A DNA stretch of 64,000 bases from Octopus vulgaris (Eukaryota). The notes beneath the pieces are model-generated. The model saw nothing but the letters and a program-made list of their open reading frames with translations. It was not told the DNA's origin and searched no databases. The stretch covers positions 83,142,001-83,206,000 of the forward strand of contig OX597824.1 of the NCBI GenBank assembly GCA_951406725.2, given 5' to 3'. Below, piece by piece: positions 39,329 through 53,766 of this stretch. A program made the position numbers and the translations under genes. Position 1 is the first letter of the stretch. Every line of letters begins with the position of its first letter.

Positions 39329-40761
39329 CAAAAAAAAAAAAAGAAAAAGAAAAAAAAAACAGAAAAAAAGAAAATAAGAAGAAAGAAAAAAAACCATTAT
39401 CAATATCACGGGTGGCAGAGTGAAAGAATCAGTGCAGCTACAGAGAAAATGCTATGCAGTGTTCAGCCACATTCCTTTACACTAAGATCAATTTTGTACA
39501 GGCATGGCTGTGTGGTTAAAACGTTTGCTTATGAACCACAGGGTTTCAGGTTCACTCTCACTGTGTGACACTTTGGGAAAGTGTCTTCTATTATAGCCCT
39601 GGGCCAACCAAAGCCTGGTGAGTGGATTTGGTAGATGGAAGCTGAAAGAAATTTATGTATGAATGTATGCATGTATCATCATCATTTGACGTCCGCTTTC
39701 CATGCTAGCATGGGTTGGACGATTTGACTGAGGACTGGCGAACCAGATGGCTGCGCCAGGCTCCAATCTGATCTGGCAGAGTTTCTACAGCTGGATGCTC
39801 TTCCTAACGCCAACCACTCCGAGAGTGTAGTGAGTGCTTTTAAAATGCCACCGGTACGAGGACCAGTCTGGCGGTACTGGCAACGGTCACACTCGAAAAT
39901 GGTGTTTTTTACGTGCCACCTGCACAGTAGTCAGTCCAGCAGCACTGGCAACGACCTCGCTCGATGTATGAATGAATGAATGAATGTATGTATGAATGAA
40001 TGCATGTATGCGTGCTTGCATGTATGTGTAAATGTGTATATGTTTGTGTTTCCTTGTCTTGAAATCGTGCAGTTGTTGCAAATGAATGTCATTGTCATAC
40101 AAGCGATGTCCTTCATTTCCAGTGTTCTTCAAAAACATGTCTGGCCATGAGGAAATATTTTCCTTGCTTGGAAACAGAAGAAGGTTAATGACAGGAAGGA
40201 CATCCAGCTGTCAAAAGCTTTCCACAATAAACTCTGTCTGATCCATGCAAAACATGGAAAAGTGAAGGTTAAAACTACGATGATGATGCTGATAATGATG
40301 ATGAGTCTTCCAGATTTCCAGCATGAAGAAAATAAGTCGAATGCTGCAGTTTAATTAGTAATAAGACTTCCTCACAAACATGTGGAAGGAAGTAGCAGAT
40401 GGTAAAAAGTATCATCATCATCATCATCATAATTAATATTATTATTAAAGGTGGCGAGATGGTAGAATTGTTAGCATAATGGGCAAAATGCTTAGCAGCA
40501 CTTTGTCTGTCTTTACATTCTGAGTTCAAATTCCGCCGAGGTTGACTTTACCTTTCATCCTTTCAGGGTTGATAAATTAAGAGCCAGTTAAACACTGGGG
40601 TTGATGTAATTGACTAGTCACCTACCCCCAAATTTCAGGCCTTTAGTAGAAAGGATTATTATTATTATTATTATTAAGATGGTAAGCTGGCAGAATCATT
40701 AGCGTGCTGGGAAAATGCTTAGCAGCATTTCGTCTGTCTTTATGTTCCAAGTTCAAATACC

Positions 40762-40992
40762 TATTTCTTTACTACCCACAAGAGGCTAAACACAGAGGGG
40801 ACAAACAAGGACAGACAAATGGATTAAGTCGATTACATCGACCCCAGTGCATAACTGGTACTTAATATATCGATCCCGAAAGGATGAAAGGCAAAGTCAG
40901 CCTCGGCGGAATTTGAACTCAGAATGTAACGGCAGAAGAAATACGGCTACACATTTCGCCCGGCGTGCTAATGTTTCTGCCAGCTTGCTGCC
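40762..40992 (-). mobile_element. SINE D inserted into another SINE D, 17-bp TSD
   Basis: ttcc(a/g)agttcaaatacc at 40745-40761 and 40993-41009. Confidence 0.85.
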
Positions 40993-41083
40993 TTCCGAGT
41001 TCAAATACCATTTAGGTTGTCTCTGCCTTTCACCCTTTCAAGCTTAATTTAATAAGTACTGGTTGCGTACTGGGGTCAATGTA

Positions 41084-41264
41084 CTGTATTTTAACATGTA
41101 TAAGGAACATTTTTTTTGTCAAAAATTAGGTTAAAAAAATATTGGAGTTTCTTATACATGGAAAGTATTACAATCACTTACAAAACCTTTCTTCCAAATT
41201 TTAAGCCACCAAAATTAGGAGGTTCCTTATATATGAGGGTTCCTATATACATTTTAAAATATGG
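41084..41264. mobile_element. Short Tc1/mariner-pogo-type MITE (181 bp), TA TSD, inside SINE D
   Basis: TA|ctgtattttaacatgtataaggaac ... gttcctatatacattttaaaatatgg|TA; splits the SINE D motif ggggtcaatgta/atcaac. Confidence 0.75.
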
Positions 41265-41341
41265 TAATCAACAAGGCCCCCAAAATTCGGATTATTATTA
41301 GCAAAAGGATTACTATTATTGTTATTATCATTATTATTATT

Positions 41342-41712
41342 ATTACCTCCACCTTAGTGAAGGCAGAGGTATTGTTTTCAGGCACGTTTGTTTGTTTGTC
41401 CACAGACAAGATATCTCAAGAACCGCTGGAGGGATTTGCATGAAAATGTCAGGAATGTTTGGCCTTGTCACTGGCATGAACTGGCTAGATTTTGGGATCG
41501 ATCAGGTATCAGACAAGCATTCTGGATTATTTTTCCAGTTTTATTACATAATTTTTGAGAGTAGTCGAGTTCATTTTTAGTATTCTTGTTTGTGAGAGCA
41601 GTCAAGTTTATTTCAGATATTCTCATTTTAAAAATCGTCCCTGGCTAATTGTTGAGAGGACATTAGTGTTGCCTTGGCAGAGGTTTGCACTCTCTGAGTG
41701 CTCTTTAGATTT
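41342..41712 (+). mobile_element. Helentron-associated non-autonomous element (HINE/DINE-1-like)
   Basis: 5' subterminal IR attacctccacc with nearby ggcagaggt, (tttg)n tract, 3' ggcagaggt followed by hairpin gcactctctgagtgc. Confidence 0.75.
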
Positions 41713-41999
41713 TGTGAACCACTTCAAAAGCATCCTACCCAAGAGCTACCTATCCAGGGGCTGCCTATCCAAGAATTCTGAATAAGAACTAATATAGAAT
41801 GGAATAGAATCTTCAGTCCTCTTCACATAGGTCAACCTGTTTGGAGCTAGTGGCATGACAAAATGTACCTAATCAATGCAGTAAGACATATACTAACACC
41901 AAAGTTGGTTAAATATTTTTTCGCTTTTTTTTTTTTTTTGTTACAGTGCATACAAGATGATGCAAATCCATCTGGAAAAATGGATGCAAAATAATTATT

Positions 42000-42125
42000 T
42001 TGATAAAGATGATGATAATGACAATGGTGACCACAACAGTGATGACGATGATGATAATGATGATGACACTGATGATGGTGATGATGACGATGATGACAAT
42101 GATGATAATCATGACAATGATGATG
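42000..42125. repeat. (GAT)n-type degenerate microsatellite
   Basis: Direct inspection. Confidence 0.9.
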
Positions 42126-42127
42126 AG

Positions 42128-42569
42128 CAGGAGTGGCTGTGTGGGTAGGCGTAGGAGTGGCTGTGTGGGTAGGCGTAGGAGTGGCTGTGTGGTAAGTAGC
42201 TTGTAGCTTGCTTACGAACCACATGGTTCTGGGTTCAGTCCCACTGTGTGGCACCTTAGGCAAGTGTCTTCTACTATAGCCTCAGGCCAACCAAAGCCTT
42301 GTGAGTGGATTTGGTAGATGAAAACTGAAAGAAGCCCATCGTATATATGTATGTGTGTCTGTGTTTGTCCCGCCAACATCGCCTGACAACCGATGCTGGT
42401 GTGTTTACGTCCCTGTCACTTAGTGGTTCGGCAAAAAGAAACCGATAGAATAAGTACTAGGCTTACAAAGAATAAGTCCTGGGGGGGGGGGTCGATTTGC
42501 TCGACTAAAAGGCGGTGCTTCAGCATGGCCACAGTCAAATGACTGAGACAAGTAAAAGGGTAAAAGAGT
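42128..42569 (+). mobile_element. SINE family A copy with triplicated 24-bp head
   Basis: (aggagtggctgtgtgggtaggcgt)x2 precedes the normal head. Confidence 0.88.
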
Positions 42570-43032
42570 TAACGATTAATTTATCTCCGGTTAAAATAAA
42601 CAAGCTTTAATTAAAAGTCTTTCCTTCACACAGCAAAACAAAGAAGCAAAGTACAGGAGAGAGGAAGAAAGGGAAACTGTGATTAAAGAGAGACCTGTGT
42701 GTGTGTCTGTGTGTGTTTAAATGATAGTAAAAAGCCTGCAAAGCTGGGCAGGCCTGTAGACTGCCAGGCTCGTCGTAGACTGGCAAGCCTGTAGGCAGGC
42801 AGGACACAGTGTTAGCATGTAAGATATGTAGGTGCTGCGAGTGTTGTTTGGTGCGCATTGCTGTGTTATTGTAGGCTCTTATGTAGATGCCAGGGATGTA
42901 TTGAAGGGGAACTGATGAGGGTGGGAACTGTGTTTGGCAGGAAATACAGACAGATATTAACACAATGCATCACGCAGATCCATAACACACACACACAAAT
43001 ATTTATATCTGTGCATGTGCATGTGTATGTGT

Positions 43033-43086
<54 letters not shown>

Positions 43087-43137
43087 ATGTAGATGTTTTT
43101 AAAGTATAGCATACCAGTTTCGGTTTCATAAACAGAT

Positions 43138-43485
<348 letters not shown>

Positions 43486-43624
43486 CCTTTCTGTTATAGG
43501 CACAAGGCCTGAAGTGTTGGAGGAGGAGACAAGTCGATTACGTCGACCCCAGAATTTCACTAGTACTCAATTTATCAACCCTGAAAGGATGAAAGGATAA
43601 TAATAATAATAATGATAGTAACAA

Positions 43625-44455
43625 TGATCCTTTCTACTTAGGCACAAGGCCTGAAATTTGGGGGAGGGGGATAGTCTATTACACTGGCACCAGTACACAA
43701 CTGGTACTTATTTTATCAACTCCAAAAGGAAGAAAGAAAGTCGACCCTGGAGGGATTTGAACTCAGAACATAAAGTCAGATGAAATGCTGCTAAGCAATT
43801 ATCCCGGTGTGCTAACGATTCTGCCAGCTCACAGTTTTTATTAATAACAGTTTCAAATTTTATCATAAGGCTAGCGATTTGCGGGAGGGGTTAAGTTGAT
43901 TACATAACACCCCAGTGTTAAACTGGCACTTATTTTGTCGACCCCGAAAGGATGAAAGGCAAAGTCAACCTCGGCAGAATTTGAACTCAGAATGTAAAGA
44001 CAGACGAAATAGCAGTGAGCATTTTGTCCGGTGTGCTAACGATTCTGCCAGCTCACAGTTTTTATTAATAACAGTTTCAAATTTTATCATAAGGCTAGCG
44101 ATTTGCGGGAGGGGTTAAGTTGATTACATAACACCCCCAGTGTTAAACTGGCACTTATTTTGTCGACCCCGAAAGGATGAAAGGCAAAGTCAACCTCGGC
44201 AGAATTTGAACTCAGAATGTAAAGACAGATGAAATAGCAGTGAGCATTTTGTCCGGCATGCTAACGATTCCACCAGCTCACCATCTTCGTTAATAACGGT
44301 TTCAAATTTTGACACAAGGCCAGCTATTTCTGGGAAGGGAGTAACCGATTACATCACTCCCTGCAAGCCCCCCGCCACCTCTCTCATACTTAACTGGTGC
44401 TTATTTCATCAACCCCAAAAGAATGAAAGGCGACGTCAGCCTTTGCGGAAATTTT
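43625..44455 (-). repeat. Tandem array of SINE D variants; two near-identical ~225-bp units
   Basis: gaactcagaa recurs at ~43759, ~43983 and ~44208; the units between are nearly identical. Confidence 0.85.
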
Positions 44456-44844
44456 GGTTAGTTGTTTATGAAGTGCTGTGAGACCCATATGTGTTACGTG
44501 GAATAAAATCAAAAGAAATTCTATATCAAGGAACAGGAAATCTATGAAATATATAAACAAGTGCGCTGTATGTTATTCAGTAATACAGGGAAATAAGGGA
44601 AAGCTAATAAATCACAGATGGAAAATCCCCACAGAAAGTGAAAAGCAGCATGTTATATAATAGGATCACCCTATTAGCATGCGCGCATGCATATGTGTGC
44701 ATGCATATGTATGTGTGCATGTGTGTATATGTGTGTGTATGCACTGAAGTGAATACATCCTTACACTACTATTTTGTAAGATCTACCAGTGTTGCTGATG
44801 TAATACACATGCAAACACACACAGATACATTACATGTATGCATG

Positions 44845-44849
<5 letters not shown>

Positions 44850-44932
<83 letters not shown>

Positions 44933-45002
44933 TACACAGACGCACAGATATATTATATATATACATACACACACATGCATGGATATATTACATACATATA
45001 TA

Positions 45003-45036
<34 letters not shown>

Positions 45037-45143
45037 TAGATAGATAGATAGATAGATATACACACACACACACAGATATATATATACACACATACATACA
45101 TGGAAACGTTACATATATATATATATATATAAAATCACACATG

Positions 45144-45175
<32 letters not shown>

Positions 45176-45225
45176 ACCACACATGCACACACACAGGCAT
45201 ATATATATATATATATATATATAAG
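44850..45225. repeat. Compound (TA)n/(GATA)n/(CA)n microsatellite
   Basis: Direct inspection. Confidence 0.93.
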
Positions 45226-45738
45226 ACAGTTTGTATTTCATGTGCAGAAACCAAGCCTAGCAATTAAACTTTTTCAGGCATCAGCAATTCACTATAGCTT
45301 CTTTAAACTGGTAGGTAAAGGGAGGTGTTGCCCTTGTGAACAGCAGAGTTGGGGTCATAAATTGCATAAAGAAAGGGAGAGGAAACACACACAAACACAC
45401 ACACACAGAGGCACGCATGTGCATATACGCATGCAAATAAATCAAAAGACTTTTACAAAAAGATAGGGACAAACAAGCCTTTAGAGAAAGTGTCAGTAAG
45501 TGTTAGCTTACAAGGGAATAAAATATGAGAAGGGTTGGGGGATAAAGTGAAAAAAAAAAAAAAAAAGGGGCGGTTATTTAAAGCAAAGGGGAAACAGATT
45601 CAGGACTTTGAGTACTGAGAATTACTGCCAAAGTATTGAAGTAGAAGAAAGAGAGAGAAAGAGAAAAGGTGTTTTTAGTGCAAGAAATGAAAAATAATCT
45701 TTTGAGTAAAGAATTTTGGAAATGTATGCCAGTGCTTG

Positions 45739-45786
<48 letters not shown>

Positions 45787-46053
45787 ATTTCTTTTTTTAA
45801 AAAATTATTTGAATTCTTCGTATAAAGAAGAAGCTTGTTTCAAATAACAAAACAAAGCTCTATCACTGGAATTTCAATAACAAAACAATAAAAATGTTTC
45901 TTCAATGAACTTTAGAAAATTCTTGCATATTTTTACTATGCTATCCATCATCCTTATCATTGTCATTCAATGTCCCTTTTTCCCATGCTAAATGATGACA
46001 ACAATGATTAATGGCACAGAAAAAATGTGCAAGAATTTTCTCAAGTTTGTCCA

Positions 46054-46217
46054 TAGGCATAGGAGTGGCTGTGTGGTAAGTAGCTTGCTTACGAACCACG
46101 TTGTTCCAGATTCAGTCCCATTGCGTGGCACCTTGGGCAAGTGTCTTCTACTATAGCCTCGGGCTGACCAAACCCTTGTGAGTCGATTTGGTAGACGGAA
46201 GCTGAAAGAAGCCCATC

Positions 46218-46268
<51 letters not shown>

Positions 46269-46298
46269 TAAGAGAGTGGTCACTATATGGCTCACATT

Positions 46299-46366
<68 letters not shown>

Positions 46367-46575
46367 TTTGTGTATGTATATATGTTTGTGTTTGTCCCCC
46401 ACCATCGCTTGACAACCAATGTTGGTGATTTTATGTTCCTCGTGATTTAACAGTTCAGCAAAAGAGACCGATAGAATAAGTACTAGGTTTAGAAAGAATA
46501 AGTCCTGGGGTTGATTTGCTCGACTAAAGGCGGTGCTCCAGCATGGCCACAGTCAAATGACAAACAAATAAAAGA
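46054..46575 (+). mobile_element. SINE family A copy with expanded internal (TA)n
   Basis: Family match. Confidence 0.85.
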
Positions 46576-47382
46576 ATCAATATTTGCAAAGTGTAAAGTG
46601 GTCAATTTTTATACCTCAAAATCCCACATTTTCATGACTGCCACCAGGATATTTACTAATGCAGCAATAACTATCAGAATAAACGCAAATTTGTAAACTG
46701 TAATTTTAAAGCACATTGTCTACAAATCTACAAATATTCTTTTTCACTGATTTTAAAATAAATATCAGATCGACAGACGAGCTGAAACCTCGTATGATTG
46801 CATATAACTTTCCCTTTTTCATCCCGAGCAACTATATAAAGCTTATTATATTCACAGCTGAAAGAAATTTTGATGGGAAAATACAATAAATATTCTTCAA
46901 TAAAGAACACCATCAGAGCATGATCGTTTCCAGAGCAGCAAACTGGCTTCCGTGCCGGTGGCACATAAAAAGCACCATTCAAGTGTGATCATTACCAGCA
47001 TCGCCTTACTGGCACTTGTGCCAGTGACACGTGAAAAAACCTTCGAGCAAGGTCATTGCCAGTGCCGCTGAATTGGCTCCTGTGCAGATGGTGCGTAAAA
47101 AACACCGTATGTATATCAGATCATTCCGAGAGCAGCTGGTAACATGCAATTCAGTACAACTTGTTACATGATTGGATCATTGATGATTAAACCAGTGCTC
47201 TACATCCACCCTGAGCTGACCAGGTGAGAAGAGATATTAGAAATGTAGAAAGACAAAAACAAAACCTGTCAAAATGATGGATGATTCCAGCTTAAAGACA
47301 GTAACTGACAAGCTAGCAATAGTGCACAGGGGACAGGGAAAAATACAAGTCAATGAATGAGCAAGCTGTGAGACCACTTCAA

Positions 47383-47603
47383 CCCTTTCGTTACCAACCC
47401 GGCTGAAACCGGCTCTGGGTTTGAGTACAAATGTCTTGTTTACATAAGTGTTGAATTAAAATCTTCCACCAAACTTTAGTCACAATTTATGTTCCTAAAA
47501 CTAGCTGTATGATAACTAAGTTATTTTATTAAATTCTTTGTTATATTTAAAATTAATTGAAAGAAACGCAGAGCATCTCAAAAGAAATACAGCAATGAAA
47601 GGG
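47383..47603. mobile_element. TTAA-type (piggyBac-like) MITE, 221 bp
   Basis: tcaa|ccctttcgttac ... gcaatgaaaggg|ttaa; the end of a second copy lies at 1-50. Confidence 0.78.
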
Positions 47604-48828
47604 TTAAAAACTATATTTCTTGTTAGAACACTGAACTATGGAAGGACAATTTGATACAAACAATGATGACCATTAGTTTCAGGTAGACGCAAACAATGTT
47701 GAGCCTCTGGGAGGAAAGCTGTTCTACGTGAAAAGTTTATACAGCTCTGTGCACACTTCATTCACTGTAATCAATTTTCATTTGCAGGAACCCCTTCCTT
47801 AGACCACAAACAAAGAACAGACCCTTCAAAAACAAGACAAGAACACAGTTGTAAACCCATGCCTTTGCTTCATTGAACATCCTATGCACAGCATTGCCTT
47901 GCCTTGACTACAGTCAGATGCAAGACTTCGGCATTAATGTCTCCAAGAAAGCTATAGAATGTTGTGCAAGTGCTCGTCTCTGAGAACACTGCTTCTTAAA
48001 GTAGAAACAGCAATAAGCTAACAAAGGTGATAATATAATTCCTGTTCATGTGCCAATCATTAACTGATATTACACCCTGTACTCTTCTGGTGCTTTACTC
48101 TAAAAGATAAGTATATTGAGTTCTTGCCAGCTTCCTCTGGCCCCTGTGCCGGTGGCACGTAAAAAGCACCCACTACACTCATAGAGTGGTTGGCATTAGG
48201 AAGGGCATCCAGCTGTAGAAACACTGCCAGATCAGACTGGAGCCTGGTGCAGCCTCCTGGCTTCCCAGCCACCGGTTGAACCATCCAACCCATGCTAGCA
48301 TGGAAAGTGGACATTAAAGGATGATGATGATGATGATGATGCCTGATAAAAATCACACACACACATGTTGAGCTTCACAGAGAGGACGACAAGGGAGCAA
48401 GACTTCTGGCAGTTTACTGTGCTTGCGAAAACAGCATCAAGCTAAGTAAATATGTTTGTCGTCCTTGCCCACAGGCATGTTCCCTGCATCCCTCTTCAGC
48501 TGAGCATCTTAATCCTGCAGGCTCGTGGGCGCCAGTGCCGTGTAAAAAGCACCCATGCCAGCGCAACATAAAAGCACTTGTGCTGGTGCCCCATAAAAGC
48601 ACCCATGCCAGTGTTGTGTGAAGGCACCCAATACACTCAGCAAAGTGGTTGGCATTAGGAAGGACATCCAGCTATAGAAACCATACTTAAAACAGACATG
48701 GAACCCAGGCAGCTCTCCAGCTGGCCGACCCCTGTCAAACCATCCCAAAACCCATGCCAGCATGGAAAACAGATGTTAAATGATGATGACACACTGTATA
48801 AATAATACACACACACATTTGTGCATAC

Positions 48829-48869
<41 letters not shown>

Positions 48870-49259
48870 AACAAAAACGCAGTAGAGGGCATTAAAATGT
48901 TCGGACAGATAGACGATACAAAGGCGGACAAGAGAAACAACAATTAGAAGGACAGGCAAAAAAAGACGGGTCATTCTTGGCTTTCTTTCATCAGTCAAGT
49001 CCCAGAAGTCACGACCATTTCGGGCAGTTACCCTTGAGATGGTTTAATCTGGTTGCTCCCAAAAAGTCTAAGCTAAGAGCATAAGACCCACTTGTAAGAA
49101 AGCTAGCAAATGTGTACAGTAACAAAGACAAAAATACCAATAAACAAAAAGCGGAGAACATGGTACACAATTACGAATACAAACAAGAAATAACGTCTTT
49201 TGACTGAGAAGAAATCAAATTGAGCTGGCATGTGTATATATATATATATATATATATAA

Positions 49260-49500
49260 AAAATTATAATTTAGGGTATCTAAGAGATACCACCATGCTG
49301 GAAATAGCAGTTAAAAATTGACTCTAAAACCACATTTAATGTGGTTTTAGAGTCAAGTTTTGACTGCTATTTCCAGCGTGGAGGTATCTCTTAGATACCC
49401 TAAATTATAATTTTAAATAATTATTACCTTTGAAAGGTTTTTATTCCCATGCTGGCCACCTGATAAGATCGGTATTTAAATACCGATCTTATCCTTATTT
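49260..49500 (+). mobile_element. 155-bp near-perfect palindrome plus 32-bp perfect palindrome between (TA)n tracts
   Basis: 49260-49414 centred on 49337. CTGATAA at 49460-49466 overlaps gataagatcggtattt|aaataccgatcttatc (49462-49493). Confidence 0.6.
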
Positions 49501-49805
49501 ATATAAATATATATATATATAGCTCAAAAATGGATCAAAAGTCCTTGATGAGCTATAGGCTGAAAAAGCTGGTTTCCTAGATTCTGTGGCATATATATCC
49601 TCAGCCCCAAATGGAACACTGGTCTGTCACAGGAAGACTCATTTTTTGTCAGCAGAGTGGACTGGAGCAATGTAAAATGAAGTGATTTGCTTGAGAGCAA
49701 AATGCATCGCCTGATCCAGGGATCAGGCCCACAATCTTATAATCCTGAATGCAACACCCTAACCACTAACCCATACACCACCACTCTGTAAATTACTGTT
49801 CATAG

Positions 49806-50031
49806 CGAGCTGGCAGAAGCGTTAGCGCGCTGGGCGAAATGCTTAGCGGTATTTCGTCTGTCGTTATGTTCTGAGTTCAAATTCCGCCAAGGTCGACTTT
49901 GCCTTTCATCCTTTCGGGGTCGATAAATTAAGTACCAGTTACACACTGGGGTTGATGTAATCAACTTAATCCCTTTGTCTGTCTTTGTTTGTCCCCTCTA
50001 TGTTTAGCCCCTTGTGAGCAGTAAAGAAATA
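49806..50031 (+). mobile_element. SINE family D copy
   Basis: Near full length; flanked by catag on both sides. Confidence 0.85.
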
Positions 50032-51236
50032 CATAGAATTTGTAAAAAAGGCAAGCTTTTGTAATCATACAATAAAGTCTTGATAACAATTGCTTCTAAT
50101 TAAGATACAGGGTCAGTAATTTTGATGATTGGTACTTTATCAACCCCAAAGAGAAGAAAGACAGAAGTTGAGCTTGGCGAAATTTGAACCCAGAATACAT
50201 GAAATACCACAAGGCATTTTGTCCGACACGCTTATGATTCTGGCATTTCACCACCCTCCCAATAACACCACCACCAACAACAACTATAATTTATATTTTA
50301 TTTATTATTATCGTTGTTGTTGTTGTTGTTATTGTGCCTAGCAACTGAGTTTAATATAGAATCCAACAGGCCTAGAATCAATTGAAAATGCTCGTGCATG
50401 GTCTGTCTCATTCCTAGAGAGAAAACGTAGTAAAAATTCGCTGATTAGGTTCATCCAATTGTAAAAATTGGTCAAATCTAATCATTTTTGTTTCTGCTTT
50501 TATCTTAAATGAGTCCAAAATCATAAAAGAAATCAATTTGTCTGACCTCAATAATCGATATTATATACTAAAAGCAGCACTGCTGCTACCAGTGGTGATG
50601 GTGATGCTGGCATGAAAAAAAAAAAATCTAATTTGATACACACAAAAGGCAAAAACTATAAAAATGTCTCCTCTCTCTCCCCACCCACCATCACCACCAC
50701 CACCACCATCACCACCATCACCACCATCACCACAAAATTAAATACCCAGAGTTACAAGTCAATGAGTAAGCTTCTACATGGTCATATGACCTGCTAGAAA
50801 TAGTAGCTAGATTTGCCTCAAATTACATTCGCCTGAATGATAATCCTTTCTACTATAGGCACAAGGGGTGAAATTTGGGGAAAGGGGCCAGTCATTTACA
50901 TCGACCCTTGTATATAACTGGTACTTATTTCATCAATCTCAAAGGGATGATAGGCGAAGTCGAACTCAATAGAATTTGAACTCAGAATGTAAAGATATAT
51001 GAAATGCTACTGGGCATTTTCCCTCAGCATGCTTACAATTTTGTCAGCTCAATGCCTTAATTTGCCTCATTAGTAATAATAGTTTCTTTTCTTTGTCACC
51101 AGGGTGACATATGAGGTGGGGAAAAAACGATAGACATACAACGCGGGGACTTACATACAATGAAATGATATATTAAAAAACAAAAATGTAGAAAGTACAC
51201 ACTGTGTAAAACACATAAAGAAAATACACATAGTGT

Positions 51237-51615
51237 AGGCGCAGGAGTGGCTGTGTGATAAGTAGCTTACTAACCAACCACATGGTTCCGGGTTCAGTCC
51301 CACTGCGTGGCATCTTGGGCAAGTGTCTTCTGCTATAGCCCCGGGCCGACCAATGCCTTCTGAGTGGATTTGGTAGATGGAAACTGAAAGAAGCCTGTCG
51401 TATATATGTATGTATATATATATATATATGTGTGCATGTTTGTGTGTCTGTGTTTGTCCCCCCAACATCGCTTGACAACCGATGCTGGTGTGTTTACGTC
51501 CCCGTCACTTAGCGGTTCGGCAAAAGAGACTGATAGAATAAGAGTTGCTCGACTAAAGGCGGTGCTCCAGCATGGCCGCAGTCAAATGACTGAAACAAGT
51601 AAAAGAGTAAAAGAG
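51237..51615 (+). mobile_element. SINE family A copy (young subfamily, internal deletion)
   Basis: Family match. Confidence 0.87.
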
Positions 51616-52097
51616 TATAGTGTATGTCAATTAAAAAAGGAGAAAAAAAGGGATGAAGATGATCTGACCCTCCTGAATCAGGAGAACCCTAGAGATGATT
51701 GTGGAACCCCACCATCGAAGATCTCTCTGAACACCAAAGGCAAGAGCCCTCTTCAATTTCTGTTCTCCAACTCACAGCTGGTATTATCCACTCTTGCCAT
51801 TTTTGCAATTTTTACTCTCCTTTCAATAAACTCACTCAAACATCCCCTTCTCCACCATCACTTAATAATAATAATGAATAACTCTTTCTATTGGAGGCAC
51901 AAGGCCTCAGATTTGGGGGATAGGGGACTAGTTGATTACATCAATCCCAGTGTTTCACTGGTACTTAATTTATCAACCCCAATAGGATGAAAGGCAAAGT
52001 TGGTCTCAGCAGAATTTGAACTCAGAACATAGCAACGGGTGAAATGCCACTAAACATTTCACCCAGTGCGCTAACAATTCTGCTAGCTCACTACCTT

Positions 52098-52143
52098 AAT
52101 AGTAGTAGTAGTAGTAGTAGTAGGAGTGGTGGTGGTAGTGGTG

Positions 52144-52202
<59 letters not shown>

Positions 52203-52218
52203 GGTGGTGGTGGTGGTG

Positions 52219-52260
<42 letters not shown>

Positions 52261-52262
52261 AT
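52098..52262. repeat. Alternating (AGT)n/(GGT)n microsatellite
   Basis: Direct inspection; source of the poly-S/G/V/T ORFs. Confidence 0.95.
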
Positions 52263-52484
52263 GATGATGGTGATCTCAAATTTTTGCCACAAGGGCAGCT
52301 TGGGAGAGGGGATTGAGTCAATTACATCTTCACCAGTGCATAACTGGTACTTATTTAATCAACCTCAAAAGGATGAAAGGCAAAGTCAACTTTGGTGGAA
52401 TTTGAACACAGAATGTCGTGACAGATAAAATACCACTAAGCATTTTGCTCAGTGTGCTAACGATTCTGTCAGCTCACCACGCTA

Positions 52485-52518
<34 letters not shown>

Positions 52519-52739
52519 CAACATTGATGATAATAAGGAGGAGTGTTTCTAATTTTGGCACAAGGCCAGCAATTTATAGAGATGGAGGTTAGTCAATTTA
52601 CATCAACTCAAGTGCTCAACTGGTATTCTTATTATCAACTCCCAAAAAAAAAAAAAATTAAAAACAAAGTTGGCTTCAGCAGAGTTTGAACTCAGGACCT
52701 GAAGAATAACAGTAACAGTAATAATGATGGTTTCTAATT

Positions 52740-53290
52740 ATAGCCAAATCTCCCTCCAATCACACTCTTTTGTCTTCAAAACAATGTCTGCCTAAAAATA
52801 TGTCAGAAACACAATAGGTTGATCATGGAATGCCTTTGATCATCGATATGATTAATTGGCACTGACCTAGGGCTAAATAATATCAATTTTCATGTCCCAA
52901 TTTACTTGAAAGAGCAGCCAAATCTTTCTGGAATTGCACTTTGCTATCTCAAAAACAAAGGAAAATACCTTAGATAATGTAGGCCTTAATTCCATACTTC
53001 AGAAAGACAGGTGGAATGATCATATATGGAATGTCTTTGATCATAGATCTACTCCTAAAGGGATAGCCTGGGCTAGGCAAGAACACAAAAACATCAATAA
53101 CTGTGTGATGGATTGACCTGCAAGAAACAGTGGCCAAATAAATTGGCCTCAGATCAAACCATATCGTTTTTTAAACAACTAAAACCACATTGGATAATGT
53201 AGTTCTAGAAACCACTAAAAAGAAAGGCTGGTCAAGGATAAAGAGCTTTTGATCAAAGATCTGCTTAATCAGGTTTGACCTGAGGTTACC
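52740..53290 (+). repeat. Three degenerate tandem copies of an unclassified ~190-bp interspersed repeat
   Basis: gcagccaaatct...ggataatgtag...ggaatgtctttgatcatag...ctggggcta motifs recur; other copies at ~56610-56800, ~22565 and ~50780. Confidence 0.6.
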
Positions 53291-53697
53291 ATCACCACAT
53301 CCATTACCACCAGCAGCAGTAGAAAGTCTTCCTTCTATATCCTAGAGCGAATATCTTAATTAACTTGATTATCATTTGTAATCTTGGAAGTTTTCTTAAT
53401 TGAATTTTGCTTCAAAAACTGCCAATGTCAAAAGAAAAAAAACAAAAAGAAAAAAATATATATTTTTTTTTAATTTTTTCAAATCAATACATGATAAATA
53501 AACAAAAAAACCTTGTTAATTATTTTCCCACCCTTGCACTCATCAATTCAATTAACACAGGTGGCCCTTCACCACGTAGTCTAAGTGACATCCAATCAGA
53601 TTGTAAGGATCACATGGTCACACAGTGGTGTATTAAAACAGAAGAACATGAAACAGCAAATTGATGACATTTAAACATAAATGAAAACAAACAAATA

Positions 53698-53766
<69 letters not shown>

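Noticed and set aside
46728-46905. Protein-like minus ORF (IEEYLLYFPIKISFSCEYNKLYIVARDEKGKVICNHTRF...)
   Set aside because: No recognisable domain or splice-site pair; the ORF start lies in a SINE.
48880-49235. Additional hammerhead in the TA-flanked insert (CTGATGA on minus strand near 48990)
   Set aside because: Could not assemble stems I-III in a consistent order by eye; probably a PLE fragment but unsupported.
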